Assembly: GCA_040263875.1 (NCBI GenBank)
Contig: JBDQJI010000004.1
Span: 11,984 to 75,983, forward strand
Length of the DNA: 64,000 nt
Direction: 5' to 3'
From: Alphaproteobacteria bacterium
GTDB taxonomy: Bacteria > Pseudomonadota > Alphaproteobacteria > Bin95
Shown here: one piece after another, positions 1-10,166 of the stretch
How positions within the stretch are numbered: the stretch's first letter is position 1
Layout of the letters: each line of letters begins with the position of its first letter
The notes under the pieces: model-generated
The model's database searches: none
What the model was told of the DNA's origin: nothing
The model's input: the letters and a program-made list of their open reading frames with translations, nothing else
Position numbers and translations under genes: made by a program

Positions 1-614
1 TGGCGGCCAATGAACAAGGACTTCCGCCCGGTAGCCGGGTGCGTTTTCACAAGCGGCCTCAGCGGCGCGCCTTCTGTGTGATACCCATATCCGTCACCAG
101 TTTTAAAGGTAAACCCAGCCTTCGCTTGGGATTGGTACAGCGAATGATAGGCCGCGAGGCCTGCGATTCGCGTACACATGGCATCGTCCAGCGCGTCATA
201 GGCAGCGCGCATATCGGCGAGTTCCGTCTCACCACCTGAGGGAGGTGTGATCTCCGCTGCAAGCGCAGATGCCTTGGCTGCGAGCGGCATGTAGGAGCTA
301 TCCGTGTGCCAGCCCTCATTGCCCCGCAGCGCCTGGAAGCGCTTTTCCTCTGGCGTCATGACGCCGCCGCCAGCACGTTTGTTCGAAATACGCGCTGCCT
401 TTTCGCCATCGCCGCGCAAAAGTTCGATCGGGCCGAAGCGCTCACAAAACGCGATATGCTCTTCGTCCGTCAGGTGCTGTTCCGGAAAGACCAGAGCGCC
501 ATATTCATTGAATGCGGCCTCAACCGTGTTCCAGTCAGCGTCTGACATTGCGCCAAGTTTGATATCGGTGATGCGGGCGCCGAATGTGGCGTCAATGGGT
601 GTGATCGTCGGCAT
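1..614 (-). CDS. TauD/TfdA-family Fe(II)/2-oxoglutarate-dependent dioxygenase (3' end lies outside the window)
   Basis: Hand-translated from the reverse strand. ATG at 612-614 is preceded by GGGAG. N-terminus MPTITPIDATFGARITDIKLGAMSDADWNTVEAAFNEYGALVFPE; the frame stays open to the window edge and ends ...RPLVKTHPATGRKSLFIGR. Absent from the ORF track because it is open-ended. Confidence 0.7.
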   Translation of the reverse strand, partial: MPTITPIDATFGARITDIKLGAMSDADWNTVEAAFNEYGALVFPEQHLTDEEHIAFCERFGPIELLRGDGEKAARISNKRAGGGVMTPEEKRFQALRGNEGWHTDSSYMPLAAKASALAAEITPPSGGETELADMRAAYDALDDAMCTRIAGLAAYHSLYQSQAKAGFTFKTGDGYGYHTEGAPLRPLVKTHPATGRKSLFIGR

Positions 615-795
615 GATGACGGGCTCCCTCTCGCTCTGTAGATGGTGTTTGTTACGGAAATGGTATGTCGCTGCATCGGGCTTGCCAATGGTAGGGCACC
701 AAGCCACGGGGCCAGCCCTTGTCGCACCTCAGTTGAGCCGTCAAAGTATCGGCCCTGAAATCTGAATTCCTACTTGGGCCAAGGAGCCTCCATAC

Positions 796-1740
796 GTGAT
801 TGAACTGCTGCAAGTGGCCCAAGTCCCACCGTTCCTGATTGATCGCCTGAAAGCCGAATACACCGTCCACGATTTCGTCAATCCAAGTGACCCTGAAGCT
901 ATGCTCCGGGAAATTGGCCCGAACATTCGCGGCATCGTCGCGGGCGGGATGAAGGGGCCGGATGCAGTGCTGATCAATGCACTGGATAATTTGGAAATCA
1001 TTGCTTCTTTCAGCGTAGGTTTCGACGCGACAGACGTAGCGGCGGCGCAAACCAAGGGTGTGATCGTCACGCACACTCCTGAAGTGCTGACCGGCGACGT
1101 TGCAGACCTCGCAATGGCCTTCATTCTCATGGCCCCGCGCCGCATCGGCGAGTCTGAACGCTTCTTGCGGTCAGGCACATGGACAGAGCGGCGGATGGAC
1201 CTTGGCACTACCGTGCGCGGCAAGCGCCTTGGCATTCTGGGGCTTGGCCGCATTGGTCGGGCAGTAGCGCGCCGAGCAGAAGTGTTCGGGCTGAACATCG
1301 CCTATTTCGATACGAAACCGATGGGTGATCTAACTTATCGAAGCTATCCGACCCTTCTCGAATTGGCTGAGACCAGCGACATGCTAATGGTCGCTTGCGA
1401 AGGCGGAGCCGCTACGCGGGGGCTGGTCGATGAAGCTGTGCTGAACGCGCTTGGGCCAAATGGATATCTGATCAACACCGCTCGCGGGCCGATTGTCGAC
1501 CAGCAGGCATTGGTCAAAGCCCTGCAGGATGGCCGGATAGCAGGTGCGGCCCTGGACGTATTCGACGGCGAACCAAACGTGCCAGCAGAAATGATGGCGA
1601 TGGAGAACGTGGTCCTTACCCCGCATATCGCCAGTTCGACGGTAGAGACCCGCCGCGCCATGGGTGACCTTGTCTATGACAATCTGAAGGCCCATTTCGC
1701 TGGTAAGGCCGTGCTCACGCCCGTACCCCGCCAAATCTAA
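796..1740 (+). CDS. D-isomer-specific 2-hydroxyacid dehydrogenase (glyoxylate/hydroxypyruvate reductase-like)
   Basis: 314 aa. NAD-binding GILGLGRIGRAVARRA; catalytic-region motifs NTARGPIVD and LTPHIASST. GTG start preceded by AAGGAG. Confidence 0.85.
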   Translation: MIELLQVAQVPPFLIDRLKAEYTVHDFVNPSDPEAMLREIGPNIRGIVAGGMKGPDAVLINALDNLEIIASFSVGFDATDVAAAQTKGVIVTHTPEVLTGDVADLAMAFILMAPRRIGESERFLRSGTWTERRMDLGTTVRGKRLGILGLGRIGRAVARRAEVFGLNIAYFDTKPMGDLTYRSYPTLLELAETSDMLMVACEGGAATRGLVDEAVLNALGPNGYLINTARGPIVDQQALVKALQDGRIAGAALDVFDGEPNVPAEMMAMENVVLTPHIASSTVETRRAMGDLVYDNLKAHFAGKAVLTPVPRQI

Positions 1741-1759
1741 TTCAGCCAGGAAATCGACG

Positions 1760-2950
1760 ATGCCAGGACCGCTTACCGGCTACCGCGTGATTGACGTAAC
1801 CGGCGTTATCGCCGGCCCATTCGCCACTATGATTTTGGCGGACCAGGGTGCTGACGTCATCAAGATCGAAGCGCCCCAACGCCCCGATCACACCCGCAAT
1901 GCTGGCCCTGGTGAGCCAGGCATGCGCGCGTCTTACTTAAACAACAACCGGAACAAACGCTCTGTTGTTATTGATCTAAAATCAAAAGAAGGTCTAGATG
2001 CGATCAAGAAATTGGTCGCAACAGCCGATGTGTTCATTCAAAACTTCCGCCCCGGTGTGGTGGACCGGCTCGGCATCGGCGAGGCTGAACTCCGCAAAAT
2101 CAAACCAAACCTCATCTACGTCTCCATGAGTGGCTGGGGCGAGAACGGGCCGCTGGCCCACAAGCCCGTGTATGATCCTATCATCCAGGCATTGTCTGGC
2201 TTAGCATCTGTTCAGGGCGGATCGGACACCGTCCGCCCCCGCCTCATCCGCACGATTGTCCCGGACAAGCTGACGGCTGTTACAGCGGCGCAAGCCGTAA
2301 CGGCAGCTCTGGCAGGCCGGGCAAAAACCGGCGAAGGGCAGCATGTGAAAGTCTCCATGCTCGATAGCGTCATCGCCTTCCTTTGGTCGTCAGACATGAA
2401 CGGCCAAACCTTCGTTGGCGAGGAGATCACGCAGGCGCGCGCGGCCACATTCATCGATCTCATCTATGAGACCAAGACCGACTACATCAGCGTCTCCACT
2501 ATGACCAATGTGCAATGGCAAGCGTTTTGCAAAGCAAGTGGGCGCGAGAAGCTGTTGGATGACCCCCGCTTCGCCAGCCCTTCCCTCCGGGACCAGAATG
2601 CAAACGAGCGGTTAGAACTCATTCAAGAAGCGCTGCTAGAACGCACTGCCGCCGAATGGCTGGAAATCTTGGACAAGGCTGGCGTCCCATCATCCCCCGT
2701 GCTGACGCGCGCGCAGATGATTAACCACCCACAGGTCGAAGCGAGCGCCACGGTCATTGAATACGACCACCCAGAAGCAGGCCGCCTCCGCCAATCCCGC
2801 CCAGCAGCCAAGTTCGAAAGCACGCCGACAGAGATCAAGCACGGTGCGCCAGCCCTCGGAACCCATACCCGAGAGGTTCTCGCCGAAGTCGGCTACAGCG
2901 ACACAGAGATAGATGCGCTGACCGAGGCTGGCGTTCTTTTAGTACGATAA
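1760..2950 (+). CDS. Family III CoA-transferase (CaiB/BaiF family)
   Basis: 396 aa. N-terminus LTGYRVIDVTGVIAGPFATMILADQGADVIKIE is typical of the family. AGGAAA ribosome-binding site upstream. Confidence 0.85.
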   Translation: MPGPLTGYRVIDVTGVIAGPFATMILADQGADVIKIEAPQRPDHTRNAGPGEPGMRASYLNNNRNKRSVVIDLKSKEGLDAIKKLVATADVFIQNFRPGVVDRLGIGEAELRKIKPNLIYVSMSGWGENGPLAHKPVYDPIIQALSGLASVQGGSDTVRPRLIRTIVPDKLTAVTAAQAVTAALAGRAKTGEGQHVKVSMLDSVIAFLWSSDMNGQTFVGEEITQARAATFIDLIYETKTDYISVSTMTNVQWQAFCKASGREKLLDDPRFASPSLRDQNANERLELIQEALLERTAAEWLEILDKAGVPSSPVLTRAQMINHPQVEASATVIEYDHPEAGRLRQSRPAAKFESTPTEIKHGAPALGTHTREVLAEVGYSDTEIDALTEAGVLLVR

Positions 2951-2995
2951 ACACCGAATAGCCCGCCGCAGCAGACGCCGGACATGGAGAATTCA

Positions 2996-3985
2996 ATGAC
3001 TGTCACCGTGGCCATGTATGACGGCTCGTATGACCATATTGGCGCGCGATTGGATGCGCTTGGGTTGGATATCAACATTATCACGTTTGATAAGGATGCG
3101 CAGTTCACGCTCGATGGGCAAAAGGTTCCAACGAGCGAAGTCGAGGCTGATTATCTTTGGTTTTCCAGCCACCTGCATGCCCTTGGTGCCACCAAGCCAG
3201 CGTTTGAGATGGTGACAGAACTGAAGCGTCTGGATGTGCTACAGACGTTCAATGCTGGTCTTGATCACCCGATGTATAAGCGGGCTTCCGATAAGGGCAT
3301 TCGGATCTGCAACAGCAGCGCCCAGGGCGTGGCGATTGCTGAGTATGTGATGGCGCAGGTCATGGGCATCTTGCATCCCCTGCGCATCCAAGCCGAGCAG
3401 CAGGTCGCCAAAGAATGGAAGACCACGCCGTTCCGCGAGATTTCGCGCACACGTTGGCTCATCATCGGTTATGGCCCGATTGGTGAGGCGCTGGCGACAC
3501 GGGTTCATGCTTTTGGCGCCAAGATCGATGTGATCCGCCGTAGCGATCAGGCTGACGACAGAATTGAGCGCGTGGGTGCATTAGAGGATGCAGGCAAGCT
3601 TGCAGCAGATGCCGACATCATCGTCCTCGCCTGCTCACTAACTGATACAACACGGGGATTTGCGGACGCTGAATTCTTCGCACAAGTGAAACCCGGTGCT
3701 GTTCTAGTGAACATTGCCCGGGGCGCGCTGATCAATGATGCGGCCCTGATTAAAGCACTGGACGACGGGACAATCAGCGAAGCCGCGCTCGATGTGTTCC
3801 ATAAAGAACCGCTGCCGAAGAATGATCCTCTCTGGACGCACCCAAAAGTCCGCCTAACACCACACACATCCTTTGCTGGCGATGGTGGGCGAGACCGCTG
3901 GGACCAGCTATTTCTTGATAATATCGTGCGATACGTAAACGGCGAAGCGCTAGAGCGCGAAGTTAATCCGGCGGATATTGTCTAA
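2996..3985 (+). CDS. D-2-hydroxyacid dehydrogenase family, NAD-binding protein
   Basis: Motifs WLIIGYGPIGEALA (Rossmann), NIARGALIND and LTPHTSF. I prefer the ATG at 2996 (GGAGA 4-5 nt upstream) over the ORF-track start at 2984. Confidence 0.75.
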   Translation: MTVTVAMYDGSYDHIGARLDALGLDINIITFDKDAQFTLDGQKVPTSEVEADYLWFSSHLHALGATKPAFEMVTELKRLDVLQTFNAGLDHPMYKRASDKGIRICNSSAQGVAIAEYVMAQVMGILHPLRIQAEQQVAKEWKTTPFREISRTRWLIIGYGPIGEALATRVHAFGAKIDVIRRSDQADDRIERVGALEDAGKLAADADIIVLACSLTDTTRGFADAEFFAQVKPGAVLVNIARGALINDAALIKALDDGTISEAALDVFHKEPLPKNDPLWTHPKVRLTPHTSFAGDGGRDRWDQLFLDNIVRYVNGEALEREVNPADIV

Positions 3986-4036
3986 GGGGCAATTGATGTG
4001 CGTTGCTGATAATAGTGAGCCGCCGAACAACGCCCC

Positions 4037-4948
4037 TTAAAGCCCCATCAGCCCTCGCGCGAAGTCTTTCGGGTCGAACGACCGCATGTCGTCCACCTGC
4101 TCGCCAACGCCAACGAGGCGAAGCGGTACGTCGTAATCACGCGCCAACGCGACGATGACGCCGCCTTTTGCAGTACCGTCGAGCTTAGTCAGTGCCAGGC
4201 CGGTGACGTTCGCCATTTCTTTGAATGTCTTGACCTGGGCATGGGCGTTCTGGCCCGTCGTTGCATCTAGGACCAAAAGTGTTTCGTGCGGTGCTGTCGC
4301 ATCCAATTTCTGAATAACACGCACAATTTTGCGCAATTCATCCATCAGGTTGGATTTGTTGTGGAGGCGGCCTGCCGTATCAATCAGCAGCACATCAATA
4401 TTCTCAGCCTGTGCCCGCTGCACGGCTTCGAATGCAAGGCCAGCAGCATCGCCACCGCTTTCAGACGCGACGACCGGCACATTTGCACGTTTGCCCCATT
4501 CCTGCAGCTGCTCAATAGCGGCTGCGCGGAATGTATCTCCAGCCGCGATCATCACGCTCTTGCCTTCAGCTTTCAGGCTATGAGCCAGCTTGCCGATGGT
4601 CGTGGTTTTCCCCGCACCATTCACGCCAATGGTTAGGATGATGAAGGGGCGCTTGGCCGTGTTGATCTCCAACGGGACGGCAACGGGTGCCAACATCCCA
4701 GCGATATCATCCGCCAGCGCTTCACGCACTTCTTCAGCAGTAACATTCTTGCCAAATTTGGACTTGGCTAGATTGCCAGCTAATTCCGCCGCCGCACCAG
4801 GGCCCAGGTCCGCCATGATCAGCAGGTCTTCAAGTTCCTCAAGCGCAGCTTCATCCAGCCGCCGATCCGTAAAAACGCTGGTGACGCCTGACGTGAGTTT
4901 GTCCGACGTGCGCGAAAGGCCCTGCTTGAGTTTGGAGAACCAACTCAT
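4037..4948 (-). CDS. ftsY: Signal recognition particle receptor FtsY
   Basis: 303 aa. GVNGAGKTTTIGKLA P-loop, DTAGRLHNK and LTKLDGTAKGG SRP-GTPase motifs. Confidence 0.95.
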   Translation of the reverse strand: MSWFSKLKQGLSRTSDKLTSGVTSVFTDRRLDEAALEELEDLLIMADLGPGAAAELAGNLAKSKFGKNVTAEEVREALADDIAGMLAPVAVPLEINTAKRPFIILTIGVNGAGKTTTIGKLAHSLKAEGKSVMIAAGDTFRAAAIEQLQEWGKRANVPVVASESGGDAAGLAFEAVQRAQAENIDVLLIDTAGRLHNKSNLMDELRKIVRVIQKLDATAPHETLLVLDATTGQNAHAQVKTFKEMANVTGLALTKLDGTAKGGVIVALARDYDVPLRLVGVGEQVDDMRSFDPKDFARGLMGL

Positions 4949-6231
4949 GCCGCAGCACTCCTAGCAACAGCGCCGTGCAGGCGGCCATCTTTAACGCCTG
5001 TCACCCGCACAAGCGGCATTGCGCCAATGGATTGCGGTTCAGCCACATCAATTTCAGCAAACTGCGCCGTGCGCCCGCGTGTTTCCGTTTCCATGATGGG
5101 CTGCAGGACTTGCCCGACCTGCCCTGCCAGAAAGGCAGACGCATGCTCGCCCCCAAGCGCGCGCAGTGCCGCCGCGCGGGCCTTGATCACAGGCTTCGCC
5201 ACTTGCGGCATCCGGGCCGCTGGAGTGCCAGGACGGGGTGAATAAGGGAAAATATGTAGCCAAGTGAGACCCAGCGCCCGCACATGCTCCAGCGAGTCCT
5301 GGAACATGGCATCGGTTTCTGTTGGGAACCCAGCGATTAGGTCCGCGCCAAATACAACTTTCGGATTAATTGCCCGCACCCGCTCAACAAGGCGCAGGGC
5401 ATCAGCTGTCAGATGGCGGCGCTTCATGCGCTTTAGGATCATGTCCGATCCAGCCTGGAGCGAGAGATGTAGGTGCGGCGCTATGCGTGGATCATCCGCG
5501 ATCAACGCCAGAAGGTCTTCATCCACCTCAGCCGGGTCAATTGATGATAAGCGCAGGCGTTGCAGTTCCGGCACGGCGGCCAGCACTCTACGAGTCATCT
5601 GGCCAAGGGTTGGCGCCCCCGGCAGATCGCCGCCATAGGATGTAATATCGACCCCAGTGAACGCGACTTCTGCGACGCCTGCATCGACCAACGTCTGGAC
5701 TTGCCGCGCAATTACACCGATGGGCGCGCTCCGGCTGTTTCCACGGCCATAAGGGATGATGCAGAAGGTGCAACGGTGGTCACAGCCCTGCTGGATTTCA
5801 ACGAACGCCCGCGCCTTGCCGCCGAAGCCAGAAATCAGATGCTCCGCCGTCTCCCGCGCGCGCATGACGTCACCGACAACGATGCGGTCAGCGTCCAATC
5901 CGGCTGGCGTCCAGCGATCCGCATCAAGCTTTTCCAAATTGCCCACAACTTGATCAACTTCCGGCATCCCAGCCCAGGGTGCGGGATCAATTTGCGCAGC
6001 ACAGCCCGTAACAACGACGCGCGCATCGGGCCGCTTCCTCTTCGCCCGACGGATCGCTTGGCGAGCTTGCCGTTCCGCCTCCGCAGTCACAGCACAGGTG
6101 TTCACGACGATAACGTTTTCGAGCCCGCCAGACGCGGCATGCTCGCGGATCGCCTCGGATTCATAGGCGTTCAGGCGGCAGCCGAAGGTCAGAACCTCCG
6201 TTGCGGATGTTTCTGCCGGTGTATCGGTCAT
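4945..6231 (-). CDS. mtaB: tRNA t6A37 methylthiotransferase MtaB (MiaB-like radical SAM enzyme)
   Basis: 428 aa. N-terminal UPF0004 cysteines (FGCRLNAYE, NTCAVT) and radical-SAM CDHRCTFCIIP. Overlaps the ftsY start by 4 nt. Confidence 0.85.
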   Translation of the reverse strand: MTDTPAETSATEVLTFGCRLNAYESEAIREHAASGGLENVIVVNTCAVTAEAERQARQAIRRAKRKRPDARVVVTGCAAQIDPAPWAGMPEVDQVVGNLEKLDADRWTPAGLDADRIVVGDVMRARETAEHLISGFGGKARAFVEIQQGCDHRCTFCIIPYGRGNSRSAPIGVIARQVQTLVDAGVAEVAFTGVDITSYGGDLPGAPTLGQMTRRVLAAVPELQRLRLSSIDPAEVDEDLLALIADDPRIAPHLHLSLQAGSDMILKRMKRRHLTADALRLVERVRAINPKVVFGADLIAGFPTETDAMFQDSLEHVRALGLTWLHIFPYSPRPGTPAARMPQVAKPVIKARAAALRALGGEHASAFLAGQVGQVLQPIMETETRGRTAQFAEIDVAEPQSIGAMPLVRVTGVKDGRLHGAVARSAAA

Positions 6232-7085
6232 CGTCGCATCAATTCAGCAGCATCAAATGCGCCGACATAAGAACTGGTCGCAGGGCCGGTCATGATGATG
6301 TGGCCGTCCGGACGCCACGTCATTTCCAATGGTCCGCCGAGCAGTTCAATCGTGACGTCATGGTCTGTCAGTTCGCGCCGGATACAAGCGACAGCCGCCG
6401 CGCAGGCACCAGTGCCGCAAGCCCGCGTTTCGCCAACGCCGCGTTCCCATACGCGCAGCCGCGCATGGCTTCTGCTGATCACTTGCACCACACCGATATT
6501 GGCGCGTTCAGGGAAGAATGCATGGGTTTCAAGCGCAGGCCCGAGCGTCGCCAGATCAACGGCGTCGAGGTCATCTTCGAAAAACGTCGCGTGCGGATTA
6601 CCAACATTACCGCCAACAGGGTCGCTGAGCGGTCCAAGTTCCAGCGGCATATGCAGCGTATCGCAGGCTTCAGCGACAGGAATTTCCTGCCATTCTGTCT
6701 TCACCTTGCCCATATCAACCGCGACCAGGCCATCGGGTGCTGCGCGCGAGTCCAGAAGACCAACGACGGTTTCAATGATCGCACGCTCATTACCGGTCTC
6801 CGCCATAACGCGCTTAGCGATACAGCGCGTGCCGTTACCGCATGCTTCCACCTCACCGCCATCGGCGTTGTAGATGGACATGAACGCATCAGCGCGTGGG
6901 TCTTGCGGTGGTCGGATAACGAGCATCTGGTCAAAGCCAATGCCGCGCTTACGGTCTGCAATTGCGGCGGCCAAGGCTTGGTCCGGGCGAAAGGCGCGCG
7001 TCCGCGCATCAATAACTACAAAGTCATTGCCTAGGCCGTGCATTTTCACAAACGGCGTCATCATGGGGTCGCGCATATCCTGCAT
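6228..7085 (-). CDS. dapF: Diaminopimelate epimerase
   Basis: 285 aa. KMHGLGNDFVVID, with the catalytic cysteines in ACGNGTRC and ACGTGACA. The start may be one of the internal Met codons a few residues in. Confidence 0.95.
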   Translation of the reverse strand: MQDMRDPMMTPFVKMHGLGNDFVVIDARTRAFRPDQALAAAIADRKRGIGFDQMLVIRPPQDPRADAFMSIYNADGGEVEACGNGTRCIAKRVMAETGNERAIIETVVGLLDSRAAPDGLVAVDMGKVKTEWQEIPVAEACDTLHMPLELGPLSDPVGGNVGNPHATFFEDDLDAVDLATLGPALETHAFFPERANIGVVQVISRSHARLRVWERGVGETRACGTGACAAAVACIRRELTDHDVTIELLGGPLEMTWRPDGHIIMTGPATSSYVGAFDAAELMRR

Positions 7086-7149
7086 CGCGCGGGATATAGG
7101 GTGATCGAGGGCCGTTGTCCATGCGGCGGGGCGCGCTTAAGCCTTAGAA

Positions 7150-8217
7150 TCAGTCCTCGAGCACACCTGATTTGCGTTTGAGATACCGCCCAACCACGCC
7201 CGCCATCATCACCACCATGAAGATACGGCCCATGTGATGAACGGCAACGAACGGCGCTTCGATCCCCAATGTGAGCGCAATCAGGCTCATCTCTGCAAAG
7301 CCGCCGGGCGAATATGAAAGGTGCACGGCGCGGAAATCCAGGTCCAACGCCACGGCGACGAAATAAGCTGCACCTGCCGCCAGCACTAACAGACCGATCG
7401 TCGCAATTGCACCTAGAACCATCGGCTTTAACAGCTCGCGTGGCTTCACGCCTGCGAACCTAGCCCCTGCCCCACTGCCAATCACCGCTTGAGCAAAAGC
7501 GACCAGTTCAATCGGCGGCTTTGCGTCTGTAATGCCGCCCGCATGGATGAGTGCACTGGCTGTCATTGAGCCGAACATCTGCCAAGCTGGAAGGCGCAGT
7601 AGTTTGGCGATAAATGCGCCGATAAACCCAGTGACGATCAGCAGTGCCAATTCGCCCATATCAGCGCCCAAGATAGAGCCGCCTGCGCCCAAATCCGGTG
7701 GAGGGATATAGCCTTCAATCAGTGCATAAGCTGGCGGGATTAGCGCCATCACCATGACAATGCGGGTCGCATGGCAAAGCACAATCGTTCGCTCATCGCC
7801 GCCAAGCGCCGGCCCCAGGATCATCATCTCGCCTAGACCGCCCGGCGATGCACAAAAGAGAGCGGTGTGTTTATCGAAGCGGCCTACCCGCCTGTAGAAC
7901 CACGCTGCCAACATCGTTCCGACGGTGACCACCAGGATCATGCCAAGAAAACTGCCGCCCCAGTGCAAGAGGTGGTCAAAAGTTTCAGCAGTGAATGCGC
8001 TGCCCAGCATGATGCCAAGCACGATGATCCATAGCCGCCGGAAAAGCTGCGGAACTTGCAGCGGTAGGCCTGCCATTGAGCAGATCATAGTCGCCGCGAG
8101 GGCGCCGAGCATCCACGGCAATGGCGTTCCAAGATGGGTGAACAGCCAGCCGCCTGCCAGGCCAATGGAGATTGTAAGGGCTAGGCGGACCCAGCGGTTC
8201 TCAAGCATACGAGTCAT
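7150..8217 (-). CDS. AbrB-family (duplicated AbrB domain, putative ammonia-monooxygenase-like) membrane protein
   Basis: 355 aa, polytopic and hydrophobic throughout. Internal duplication with a recurring G-rich helix pattern typical of this family. Confidence 0.65.
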   Translation of the reverse strand: MTRMLENRWVRLALTISIGLAGGWLFTHLGTPLPWMLGALAATMICSMAGLPLQVPQLFRRLWIIVLGIMLGSAFTAETFDHLLHWGGSFLGMILVVTVGTMLAAWFYRRVGRFDKHTALFCASPGGLGEMMILGPALGGDERTIVLCHATRIVMVMALIPPAYALIEGYIPPPDLGAGGSILGADMGELALLIVTGFIGAFIAKLLRLPAWQMFGSMTASALIHAGGITDAKPPIELVAFAQAVIGSGAGARFAGVKPRELLKPMVLGAIATIGLLVLAAGAAYFVAVALDLDFRAVHLSYSPGGFAEMSLIALTLGIEAPFVAVHHMGRIFMVVMMAGVVGRYLKRKSGVLED

Positions 8218-8248
8218 GAGACTGCGGGTGCCAAGCCGCCATCCGACA

Positions 8249-9022
8249 TTAGCTTTGGAACTGCTCTTTCAGCACCCGTTCTTCCAGATCATGATCTGGA
8301 TCAAACATCAGTGTGAAGGTCTGGCTGAGGTCTTCGCGAATCTCAACGCGCGTGACATCGCGCGCTTCAGTGTAGTCTGCGACGGCGAGGACCGGCCGCT
8401 TTTCAGCTTCCAGCACTTCAAAAACTACGTGCGATCCGTGCGGCAACAAAGCGCCACGCCAGCGACGCGGGCGGAAGGCGCTAATCGGTGTCAGGCAAAG
8501 CGCGCCAGCGCCCAGCGGCACGACCGGGCCATGAGCGGAGAGATTGTAGGCCGTGCTACCCGCAGGTGTCGCCACCAGGACGCCGTCACAGATCAGCTCG
8601 GAAAGCCGCTCGACGCCGTCTACAAGGATCCTGATTTTCGCACTCTGGCGAGTTTCGCGCAGCAGCGACACTTCGTTGATCGCCAGGGCTTCAATCGTTG
8701 TGCCGTCGTAGATCGTCGCCGTCATTTTCAGCGGATTAAGATCGACCGCTTTCGATGCCGCGATCCGGTCAGGCAAATCGTCGACGCTGAAGGCGTTCAT
8801 CAGGAAGCCGACGGTTCCGCGATGCATCCCAAAGATCGGTTTGCTGTTTGCGTGATGCTCATGCAGTGTTTCCAGCATGAAACCATCGCCGCCAAGCGCT
8901 ACGATGACATCAGCCTCGGCTGGCGGCACACTGTCATAGCGAGCTTTAATTTCCGACAGGCTCCGTTGCGCAGATGGCGCCGACGAAGCAACGAACGCGA
9001 GCTTTTGATCCCCCCCAGGCAT
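8249..9022 (-). CDS. nadK: NAD kinase
   Basis: 257 aa. [12 protein letters not shown] motif, [21 protein letters not shown]. Confidence 0.9.
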   Translation of the reverse strand: MPGGDQKLAFVASSAPSAQRSLSEIKARYDSVPPAEADVIVALGGDGFMLETLHEHHANSKPIFGMHRGTVGFLMNAFSVDDLPDRIAASKAVDLNPLKMTATIYDGTTIEALAINEVSLLRETRQSAKIRILVDGVERLSELICDGVLVATPAGSTAYNLSAHGPVVPLGAGALCLTPISAFRPRRWRGALLPHGSHVVFEVLEAEKRPVLAVADYTEARDVTRVEIREDLSQTFTLMFDPDHDLEERVLKEQFQS

Positions 9023-9027
9023 ACTCG

Positions 9028-10083
9028 TTATCCGCCAGTCACACTCATATGGCGCCCAACTGATTGGGCACCTTGCCGTCGATCAATCACGAAGTCATGA
9101 CCTTTTGGCTTGTGCGCAATTGCATCCCGGATCGCTTGCTCAACGACGGCATTGTCGGGAGATATCCGGAGCGGCTCACGCAGGTCCGCCGCATCTTCCT
9201 GACCAAGGCACATATACAGCGTGCCAGTGCAGGTCAGACGTACCCGATTGCAGGACTCGCAGAAATTATGGGTGAGCGGCGTGATGAAGCCGATACGCTG
9301 GCCAGTTTCCTTCACGTCGAAATAGCGCGCCGGGCCACCCGTGGAATGATTGCTTTCTTCCAGTGTCCAATTTTTTGATAAGCGTGAGCGGACAAGAGTC
9401 AGCGGGAGGTATTGGTCCAACCGCTCTTCACCGCCGATATCGCCCATGGGCATGACCTCAATCAAAGTCAGGTCAAACCCTTCCGCCCCGCACCAAGCGA
9501 GCATCTGGTCAATCTCTTCATCGTTCACGCCTTTCAGCGCCACGGCGTTGATTTTGACCTTAAGACCAGCCTTCTTCGCCGCTTCAACGCCTGCAAGTAC
9601 TTGTTCTAGACGCCCCCAGCGGGTGATTTCCTTGAACTTAACGCTATCCAGAGTGTCGATGGATACATTCACGCGCCGAACGCCTGCTGCATAGAGCTGA
9701 TCCGCAAACCGGCCCAACTGGCTGCCATTGGTGGTCAACGTCAACTCGTCCAGATGGCCACTATCGATCAAGCCGCCCAGATTGTTGATCAGCTGCATGA
9801 CATTGCGGCGGACCAGCGGCTCACCACCTGTCAGGCGCAGCTTGCGCACACCCATTTTGACGAAAGCACGGCAGAGACGCTCAAGTTCTTCGAGCGTCAA
9901 CAGATCTTTCTTCGGCAGAAAGCTCATGTTTTCGGACATGCAATAAACGCAGCGGAAGTCGCACCGGTCTGTCACAGAGACACGCAGATATGTGATCGCG
10001 CGGCCAAAGGGGTCGATCACTGGGTCGGTCTGCCCCAGCATATTCGCCGGGCTGGATTGTGCAGGGCTAGTTTCTATCGTCAT
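9028..10083 (-). CDS. moaA: GTP 3',8-cyclase MoaA (molybdenum cofactor biosynthesis)
   Basis: 351 aa. Radical-SAM [19 protein letters not shown]-terminal cluster [13 protein letters not shown]. Confidence 0.95.
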   Translation of the reverse strand: MTIETSPAQSSPANMLGQTDPVIDPFGRAITYLRVSVTDRCDFRCVYCMSENMSFLPKKDLLTLEELERLCRAFVKMGVRKLRLTGGEPLVRRNVMQLINNLGGLIDSGHLDELTLTTNGSQLGRFADQLYAAGVRRVNVSIDTLDSVKFKEITRWGRLEQVLAGVEAAKKAGLKVKINAVALKGVNDEEIDQMLAWCGAEGFDLTLIEVMPMGDIGGEERLDQYLPLTLVRSRLSKNWTLEESNHSTGGPARYFDVKETGQRIGFITPLTHNFCESCNRVRLTCTGTLYMCLGQEDAADLREPLRISPDNAVVEQAIRDAIAHKPKGHDFVIDRRQGAQSVGRHMSVTGG

Positions 10084-10166
10084 GGCGTTTACATCTGCCT
10101 TTCAGAACGCGTCTATAAGGTATCAGGCAGCAAGCCTTCAGAAGCAAGGGCGCGTAGGATGAAACT

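Noticed and set aside
3984-4038. A possible long-range hairpin (AAGGG...GCGTTG / CAACGC-CCCTT) between the convergent dehydrogenase and ftsY genes.
   Set aside because: The two candidate stems compete for the same bases, an 11-nt bulge is required, and there is no U-tract. That is too weak to call a terminator.
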